Origin: Octopus sinensis
Taxonomy: Eukaryota
Assembly (NCBI RefSeq): GCF_006345805.1
Contig: NW_021833877.1
Coordinates: forward strand, 1 to 64,000
Reading direction: 5' to 3'
DNA: 64,000 nt
The notes below the pieces were generated by a model. That model searched no databases. It saw only the letters and a program-made list of their open reading frames with translations, and was not told the origin of the DNA. Within the stretch, counting starts at the first letter, position 1; every line of letters begins with the position of its first letter. This document shows positions 54,801 to 64,000 of this stretch, in pieces. Made by a program: the position numbers and the translations under genes.

Positions 54801-56299
54801 CACTATCTGGTGTTATTATTATTATTGTTGTTGTTGTTGCTGTTATTATTATTATTGTTGTTGTTGTTGTTGTTATTGGTGTCCTTGTTGTTATTATTGT
54901 TATTATTATTCCATGTTGATGTTGCAGTTGTCATTATCCTCCTTTCCACCATCTTCATCGATGTAGTTGCTATCACCATCGTCTTTGTTGTCGCTGTTAA
55001 GCTTCAGGTCAACCTTGATCGAACAGTACTATGATCGAAAAACATTCCAGCCGTGACAATTCCATCTTTTGAAAGGGCATCTAGACTACATTATTCCATG
55101 TGATCTTTCCTGTACCTAAAATAGTTGTGTGTGCGTGTGTGTGATTTGAAGAAGATTTCACTGCTGTTTCTAGAACTTCAAGTGACTGCCCCTTGGCTCC
55201 CCCATTGGTTTGTTGCTGTTGTTATTGTTTGACCCCAAGTCAGCTAGGATTGAGCAACGTGTTCAGAGATTTGGCCACTATTTTTAGGAAGTCAAGTGAC
55301 CACGTAGAAGCTCCGTCATCTTGATGTTATCATTGTTGTCCTTCTTTACTCTCGAGTTAATTCTTTAATTCTAATTCAAGAGCTCTATGATCAAACGCGA
55401 TCCAGCCGTAGCCATCAAATCTATTTCTCTTCTTTTTTTTCATACACGGTGTATCTAGAATTGAATGAGACGATCGGACGCGGCTGTTTAGACGTTGGAG
55501 CTTTGGTATGTTTGATGGGAGATTTATCCTGTTTTGGCCTCAATACGTTTTTGGCACTGGAGGCACACACACGCAGAAATATACAGATACAGATAAGAAA
55601 AGGGAGTAGGAGAGATGTTGCAATTTATTAATTAAACACGATTGGCATAAATACTTCGCCTCTCCTCATATGCATAAAGAGAAATATGGTGACACACAGA
55701 CAGAGAGAAACAGACAAAGAATAGGATTGAACGAGCGAAATTTGGTTGAGACGAATAAAATTTGCCTTTTATCCTTCCGTGTCAGTTAAGAGGTAAAGTC
55801 CATTTAATTGGTTAACACATCACCCAAAACTTGTGGCCAATTGCATCTGCAAGAGAATGCCACCACCACCACCGCCATTACCATGTTATATTTTGTCTTT
55901 GCTTTAAGCTAGACAAGCTGCATCAAAATCTCAACCAGAGACGTTAATGGACAACAAGCGTTTGCATTTAAAGATGAAAACAGCTAAAGTGCCATCCAAT
56001 AGAAGAAACTGTTTTCTGTGTGTTATGTCAAAAAAAACCTAAACCTTTTTTCTTTTATAAAATTTATAATAAAACCGCATGAATATTATTGCATTTACGT
56101 TGAGACAAAATGACGCATTATGTGTGAGGTACCCATAAGTACAATCTTTTGCATTTCATTTATTTTAGGGCCGCCAGGAATTTGGTCTACATATTTCTGT
56201 GCATTTATTTTATGATCCCAAACTCACCAATAACAATGGAAAACGTTGTTGCTTTGAGACGCCTCATTCTTCTATTTTTGCAGGTTCTTATATTTGTCC

Positions 56300-57000
56300 A
56301 ATTTCTCAAACGTTAACACCCTTCAAAAAACAATCTTTTTTTTCAACGTGATTTTTCACAATATTTGGTGGGTAAGCCTGTATTTTCCGATCAGTCTGAA
56401 CACCGAAATTCCAAAGAATGGTAACTAAAGAATTCTTCACAGCCTGTGGCGGTTTATGTTCCCACCAATTCTCCAAGTGAAAGCGGTCGTACATGTTGCA
56501 TATTGACCAATGTACTGAGCTGCTCCGTCATGAATTTGCATGTACTCCATTGGTGCCAGTTGGTCGCGTCTGGGGATGATGTGATTGATTGTCTGTGATG
56601 TTCTTCGCATGGGCAACACAATGGGCTGATTTCATGTTTCAGAAGATTGCGCTGGTAATTCTCAGTTGGAAGTTCTTGACTTTGAGTAGCAATAACAGAC
56701 CCTTCAGTTTCTGACTTGCGACCAGAGTTTGTTAACTTTTCCAGGATGCATACTCGAACACTACAAGATGTACGCATGTCTGAATCAGGAAGCGGGGTCA
56801 GAAATAACTGGACTGAAGATTCAGACCACCTTCCTGGACACAAACGTTAGCTGTGCTGGACGTGATAAGCACCAATTGTCGTACTTTCTGACTATTTGTT
56901 GTCTATGTCCCAACGGGACTAGGGTGACAGAATGTTTTCTAGAAGCTTTCTTAAGAAATTCCTACTCTTCACTTCCTGTGAGAGATTTGAATGTCATTTA
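56300..57000 (-). mobile_element. R4/Dong-like LINE zinc-knuckle/RLE fragment
   Basis: EGSVIATQSQELPTENYQRNLLK...LCCPCEE, QTINHII...HDGAAQYIG, WWEHKPPQAVKNSLVTILWNFGVQTDRKIQAYPPNIV. Confidence 0.8.
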
Positions 57001-57049
57001 GACTGGAATTGTATAGGGCTTGCTGACAAAAGATAATGTAAAAGCCTCG

Positions 57050-58860
57050 CATACCTATTAAGAAGGCTCTTTCTGACAGGTACCGACTAGATTTTCTTAA
57101 TGTGCAAGTATGGACATGGTCCAACCGCATTTATTTATGTGCGTTCTTTATGAGGCTAGCAGACAGGAATAGTGCAGGTGTCCACAATTCTAAATAGCCG
57201 ACCACACAGACCACAAATCTAAGATCTGCACGGTTGACTTAGAACTCATAGACTGAAGCTGAATGGTTACTGGAAGCGGAACGAATCAATCCCAACATGC
57301 AAAGCTTCGGAGAGTTCATTAGTGAATTAGGTAGGTGGCGATCGATAGGTGAAACTGCCAACAAGTGATGGTGGATTACCTTAAACGTGGGATTAGAGTT
57401 GTCTTAATAATGTTTAGTAAAGAAGTAGAGACAGAGAAAAATAGAAAGCGATTTAGTCTGAATCTTGGAAGAGATGACAAGTAAAGATATCAAAAACGAC
57501 GCGCTAGCAGCGAAAATGGGCCTCTGCCATCTCTTCTACATGGTGCATGTAGGGTGCATATTTAGAGTTAAGTTGCATGCTGCAAGGTTCAAAGGAATGA
57601 AAGTCGTTCAATGTGCCCGTGTGGCAGAGGTCGAAGGTGACAGCAACGCCATAATTCAGTTTTGATGGGGAAGAACGAGCGCTTACTATTCGATTTGAAA
57701 CAACTGTACAGAGTTTTTCAATGGCACTCTGCTCGAAGTGAATGGCAGATCAGAAACAGCGGTGAATTTAAATGCCTACCTCGAAAATCTGTGGCTGGGG
57801 GTGCGAATTGTTGCAGAAGGTTGATAACAACAGCTGAAATACGGGAAACGATAAGTGGCCGTCAAAGATGCAGATTATCTGGTCTAGATAATGTCCTTTG
57901 GTACTTTATGCGTACATATTAGAACTGTTCGGCGATATGTTGATAGCAGGTGGCAGCAATTGGCAGCAGGACAGAATTCTCATTCTGTGAATAGAGGAGT
58001 GTTGACCCTGCTATAAAAGAAAGTGAACAAGGAGGATTTTGTTGACAATTTGAATGTAGAGTTTTAAGATTTTGGCTAAAGTGTTAGCAAAGAGATTGTC
58101 GTTGGTGCTTTGCTCATAAAAACGGATAACCTGCCCGTAATGGTGACGAACACCATAGATATCGGAAAAGTGGGCAGCATCTAAAGGAATAGGATGCAGT
58201 AACAGGACTTAAAATTAACCACAAGTCAGTGGGCTTTCAGCTTAACACCTAGAGGGGAAAATATACGCAATCCAATAACGTCCTGGGATGCTCGACAAGC
58301 GGCCATGTTAAATTTCTTTGGATTCGATTCGGGCCAAATCTTCAGTTGGATAGAAAATGGGAAGAGTTCATGAGCTGATAGCCAATCATACCCAAAAATG
58401 GACAAAGAGGAAGCTATCTTCTTCTGGCCAGGCAGAAGTAGCAATTGTGTATACTGCCTTGTATGACCGTCATGTCCTACTCCAAATTTCATCTGACCGA
58501 ACTGGAGCGGCTACTCTTTCGCTTCGTGTGGAGAGGATGCGTTCTACGAATATAACAGTTCATCTTCTATAAGCTCCCTCTGCAAGAAGGACTGAGTCAG
58601 CAGTGGCTGATGATGAGAAGCTGTGTCCTAAGGCTGCAACTGCTACAAATATCCCTAGATTGTGAACAGGTGTGGTCGCCCTTTCTCAAGTACGATTCTC
58701 TCAGCTCGTCTCTTTGGCAGTGTCGCAATCTTGGGCCAAGTGAAGATCAAAACCGGGCGACTGGCATCTGAAATTTTGTTAATTCTCCCAGCCTTCTATG
58801 AGTTGGGCAGTGCCAAAGGTGGAACGTCTAGAGGACTAGTGGTAGAGAAGAGCCTATAAA
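57050..58860 (+). mobile_element. Decayed L1/Tx1-like LINE fragment A
   Basis: DRYRLDFLNVQVWTWSN (APE region), LITTAEIRETISG...SGLDNV, KINHKSVGFQLNT, KWTKRKLSSSGQAEVA and LERLLFRFVWRG. The RT core is largely deleted. Confidence 0.8.
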
Positions 58861-58899
58861 TAGGCGTTCGATGGGTCCAGATGACAGAAATGCAACGTG

Positions 58900-60390
58900 G
58901 CAGAAAAACAGAACAGTATATAAAGAGAATCTGTTCAATAAACCTCAGCTATGAATGCGATAACAGTAGCTAAGCTAAACTAGGATTTCTGATATATATG
59001 CTTTGACGCCCGTTTTTGATAACTTTCAAATCTACATATCTTTGAGCTGTTGGGACTGCGGAGAGACGTTGTGAATCTTAAATGTCAGTGGGTACTGGAA
59101 CACTATTATGGGTGCACGTTTGGACTGTGTAGGGCTAGCGCATAGAAAAGTGGATGCAAAAACCTTGCAAACCTGCACAGACGTTTGCAAATGTCTGACA
59201 TGTAGCTACTGGATTTTCCGACATGGGCAAACAGCATCGGATCAGGCAGATTGAATCTAGAAAGAGTATTCTGTACGCCAGCGGATAGGGGCAGTATAGG
59301 TTGCCCACAATTTAAAGTGGTCGGCTACAGTGATTACAAATTTGTGATTTGTACGATCCGACTAAATAGATTTCATAGGAATGGACCCGATTACTAGAAA
59401 CTGAACGTCTCTTACCCAGCAAGTCAAGAGACCGAATTAACGAATTAGTTAAGCGGAAGTTGACGGGGACAATAATCAAAAACCAGTTGTGGTCAGTCCT
59501 GAAAAGGATGATTGCAGTACCCTCGATAAGATACGGTAAGGAAATAATGATTGTATATTTTACGCAAATGGATTTAGGAACTTGAAATGGTACTTAAGAA
59601 AAGGATAGCAACTGACTAGCTGGCGGCGAGAGAAACCCTTCACAAATTCTTCACAGCAAAGCACGAAAGTTGCGTTGTCAAAGCTAGGGTGCATGCTTCG
59701 AGGCATGAAGCAACGAAAGCTGATCGATGAGTCTAGGGGACAGAAGCGCAACATAGCAACAAAGCCACACTTCGGTCTCTGAAAGAACGGAAGGAGTACA
59801 TACTATTTAAATTCCAAGTAGTTGTGTTCGGCTTTTCTGTGGAATTTCGCTCGACTGTTTCGGGTCAACCGCAGACGGGGTAAGAATTGACTGCCTTCCT
59901 CGATGACTTGATGCAGTTCACTGATATCAATGTAGAGTTCAAAAGGCCGATAACAGCCAACGAAATGCGGTCGTGATGGTTGGGTGCACATGGGGGAAAA
60001 GTCACCTAAGCTGGATGGTCTGCAAATCAAGTTTGTCTTCATATACCAGACGTGTTCGGGGGCTTATTGCTAAATGTCTACTACAACTGGCGGCAGATCG
60101 GAAGGATTCCCAGTGTAGTGGTGATGCTGAGAAAGGATCTCATCAACGGGGATGATTTCTACAACTTTAGGCCCTAACTCATCCAAATGTCGATATGAAG
60201 ATTTTGGTAAAGGTGTTAGTCAAGAGGTTGAGCTTGTTGCCTGATAGTCTGCTCAGTAATGCGCAGACAAGGACCATTTCATAAAAATCTACCCACAACA
60301 AGCTCAACTTCTTGCGACACATCGTAGAACGAGTGGATGGAAGCTTCCGATGAGGCTTGATCTTCAGTTTTTGGCGGTTCTCCTCGCGGC
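58900..60390 (+). mobile_element. Decayed L1/Tx1-like LINE fragment B
   Basis: WNTIMGARLDCVG, TWANSIGSGRLNLERVF and GYSDYKFV (APE region), then HESCVVKARVHA, RPITANEM and GKSPKLDGL. Confidence 0.78.
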
Positions 60391-60652
60391 TGCTGAGCTA
60401 AATCGTTGCAACGTTCAGCAGTATTTCGTCTGTCTAAGTTATATTCTAAGTTCAAATTCCGCTGTGGTCGACTTACAGTCTTTTGATAAAATAAGTACCA
60501 GTTGAACACTAGGGTCAATGTAATCGACTTATGTGCCAAAATTCGAAATCATTATGATCTTTATTGTTGTTGTTGTTATAATGATAATAAAATAATAATA
60601 ATAATAATAATAATTATCATTATTATTATTGTTATTATTATTGTTATTATTA

Positions 60653-60711
<59 letters not shown>

Positions 60712-60738
60712 ATTTTGCCTATAGTAGAAGAGATAATT

Positions 60739-61020
60739 AAGGCGGCGAGCTTACAGAAACGTTAGCACGCCGGGCGAAATGCTTAGCGGTATTTCGTCAT
60801 CAGTTACGTTCGGACTTTGCCTTTCATCCTTTCGGGGTCGATAAATTAAGTACCAGTTACGCACTGGGGTCTATGTAATCGACTTAATCCGTTTGTCTGT
60901 CCTTGTTTGTCCCCTCTGTGTTTAGCCCCTTGTGGGTAGTAAAGAAATAGGTATTTCTTCTGCTGTTACGTTCTGAGTTCAAATTCCGCCGAGGTCGACT
61001 TTGCCTTTCATCCTATCGTT
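60739..61020 (+). mobile_element. Dominant SINE with a body restart after the tail
   Basis: Head, core and tail aaagaaata (ends 60949), then ggtatttc... repeats the internal body. Confidence 0.88.
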
Positions 61021-61037
61021 AGTAGTAGTAGTAGTAC

Positions 61038-61079
<42 letters not shown>

Positions 61080-62327
61080 AGTAGTAGTAGTAGTAGTAGT
61101 GGTATGATCGGGGCGATTGTATTACTGTTTACAGATTGGTAGATAGAGGGGTGAGTGGATTTGGTATAGCCTTATAATACCCTTTGTCCTCAGCAAGAAA
61201 ACTCACCACGCCCTTCCAACTACGTAAATAACCACCAATCTATGTATCTACACATTTTCTCATTATGCCACACGATATCTCTCAGCAGCCCTGATAGACA
61301 GATACTCCTACATTTATTATTATGAAAGAAAAACGTCTATATGTTTCTCGTTGGAACCTAACTTTGCCCAAAGGCATTTCGTACGAATGCCGTACTTAGC
61401 TATCCACCTCAATTATTATCAACGCGTAGTTCATAGCTTCTTTTTATTTTAAGTACGTTTTCTAACGACCAATATTTGTTTCCCCCTAAGTTCTATATAC
61501 ATCGTATAAATATCGATTATTCGCGTTTTCCCCCCTCTTAAAATTTTTTTCATTTGCCTTAAAGCAAAAACAATTTCGTTGACTGTTAACTTGTCGATCG
61601 CCGAATTAGTCGCGCTTCTATGTTTCAGCAAAATAATAAAATATCAAACTAAAATGGTTAGGAGCGCTTGAAATAACCGAGATTAATAATAAAAGTGCCA
61701 AAACTAAAATGTTCTACTACTGTATTTAATTCCATCCCTTCAGGTTCCGAGTTTCGATTCCGAACCGCCTTCTCCCAATGGTCAACTTCAAAATTTATCC
61801 CTCCAGCTACGCTATAAAGTCCCACATAGTCTGTTAGCGAAATATGCAAATCTATTAGGCTCAACGAATTTATTTGAAAATCTCTTCATGAGGAAAAACA
61901 AAATTGATATTGTGCCCCATGGAAATAGCGAAACCTTTATTCCACCCTCCACCACCACCAACAGATCAAGATCTGTAGCGCTTAGTCCCGATTTCCTTAA
62001 AGTTAAACAAAGGAACAATCGATACCATATATACACGCATATATGCGTGTGTGTGTGTTTGTGTGTAAGCATGCAAGTATGTATATATATTTATGTATGT
62101 GTGTGTGCGTGTGTGTGTGTGGTGTGTGTGTGTGTGTGTGTGTGGTGTGTGTGTGTGTGTGTTTGAATGTATAAATGCATATCAATGGTTGCTTTCATAT
62201 CGAATTCTAATAAAGACAATTCGACGTTGCGACGAAAGCTAGCAAGATGTAACTTCGAAGTCACTGTCACCACTTTTATAATTAGTAATGTACGTACGTA
62301 CATATGTAATGTACGTACGCATGTATC

Positions 62328-62358
<31 letters not shown>

Positions 62359-62957
62359 GTGTGTGTGTGTGTGTTTATATGTACACACACATGCGCATCT
62401 TTGTGTATGTGTTTGTGTGTGTATGTGTGTGTGTGCACGCACGCGTGTATGTGTTCTCTGGATATTGTTCTGGAACATCGCAGATAGCATTCTATTGCGG
62501 GGCGACTTAAACACCGCACACATAGGAACCACTCTTCAGCTTTTCAGTTCTCCCGCCACTTGTCGTGACCATGAACGAACTTTTGAGTAATACGGATGAA
62601 AAGTTTGGCGAAATAATGTGATGTCAACAGATGAAAAGAAAAAAGACGATATTGTGTTACCTTACATAGGTTGTTTAATAACACTATAATATTTCGGGAA
62701 AGATTCCTCTTTTCAAATAGAAGAAATTTCGGAAAGATGTACTCCTACCGGAAAACCAATCCATTTCGAATTCAGTAAAAGATGGGCACATTTTTCTACA
62801 TCTTCAAGGTGAAGATACGGAAAAATATCAGCGGAAATGGATGTCTTGGATATGAGTGGATCTCATCATCTGGTCCATAATCTGTAAGCTTTCTCTCTCT
62901 CTCTCCTCTCTCTCTTTCTCTCTCTCTCTCTCTATATATATTATATATATAATATAT

Positions 62958-62993
<36 letters not shown>

Positions 62994-63020
62994 CAGTGTG
63001 TGTGTGTTGTGTGTATATAT

Positions 63021-63138
63021 ATCACGTGATCACGTGACCGACCAGACCATCAGATGTTGTTACACATCGCTGGTCACAATGCGTTCGTATTGTTTTAGCC
63101 TTCGAATGACGCCACCCCGCTGGCTAAGCGAGCAGGCC
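63021..63138. repeat. Short interspersed element inside a TA microsatellite
   Basis: atcacgtgatcacgtgaccgaccag...gctaagcgagcaggcc is GC-richer than its flanks and has (TA)n on both sides. Confidence 0.55.
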
Positions 63139-63224
63139 ATATATATATATATATATATATATGTATGCATATATGTATGCATATATCTATGTGTGTGTAT
63201 GTATATGTATACAAATATATATAC

Positions 63225-63282
<58 letters not shown>

Positions 63283-63902
63283 CTGTGTCACTTCCTCTGT
63301 CTCTCTATTCATCTATCGATCTAGGTATCTCTATTTATCCATCTTTCTGTCTGTCCGTCTCTCTCTCTCTCTCTCTCAATCTCCCCCCTCACTCTCTCTC
63401 CTACATCAATACTTCTCAGCCAATGTCACCATTGTAGCGAACATACGCTACAAATGCCACTGGCATATTTCATTTTGCATCAACAACAAACGGAAATTTC
63501 AATCGAAATCTTTGGCTGTGAACGACAAACTGGATCGTGCCATGTTAGCTAATTAATATACCTAACAACTGATTGAATAAATAATCAGTTCTTCCTTAGT
63601 TAAGCTAATTACTTAATGATGTTGCTTAGTTTACTTAATTTAAACATCAGCGAAACAAAGGTTACACATTGCTGGATTTAAGCACCAACCAGCAGACTGG
63701 AGATGTGACTCTCGCTTTATATACGATGTTACCAATAACCATCGACTCTTCCAGAAGGATGTCGAGTAGGACTGAAACCTGGAGGGCTAAATGACTTCCA
63801 ATATGGACGAACATTTATATATACACATATACATATATACATACATGCATAAATATATATAATATACATATGTATCTATATATATATATATACATACATA
63901 TG

Positions 63903-63936
<34 letters not shown>

Positions 63937-63969
63937 ATATATATATGTATCTATATATATATACATACG

Positions 63970-64000
<31 letters not shown>

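Noticed and set aside
59560-60042. Minus-strand ORFs with RPFELYIDIS, superficially like gypsy RNase H
   Set aside because: The plus strand gives a coherent ordered series of L1/Tx1 motifs, so the minus-strand similarity is coincidental.

Overview
AT-rich eukaryotic genomic DNA, very dense in microsatellites. The repeat repertoire suggests a coleoid cephalopod, probably Octopus; this is an inference from memory, not a database result. The window holds one supportable host gene, on the + strand: a paired-like Q50 homeobox gene of the Prop1/unc-42/CG32532 family. Its CDS is join(11781..11784,15906..16189,40971..41267,44808..44909), 687 nt, 228 aa plus stop. Introns are about 4.1, 24.8 and 3.5 kb, all GT-AG with compatible phases. 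The rest is tRNA-derived SINEs, decayed Penelope-like, R4/Dong-like and L1/Tx1-like retroelements, MITE-like inverted repeats and simple repeats. Most ORF-track entries are microsatellite artefacts. The best second-look items are: an apparently intact type I hammerhead ribozyme (4836-4894); a SINE insertion whose 23-nt target-site duplication copied the homeobox splice donor; long intronic hairpins, including a ~465-bp near-perfect palindrome; a 4-nt coding start exon; an OAR-like C-terminal motif; and a signal-peptide-like small ORF in intron 2.
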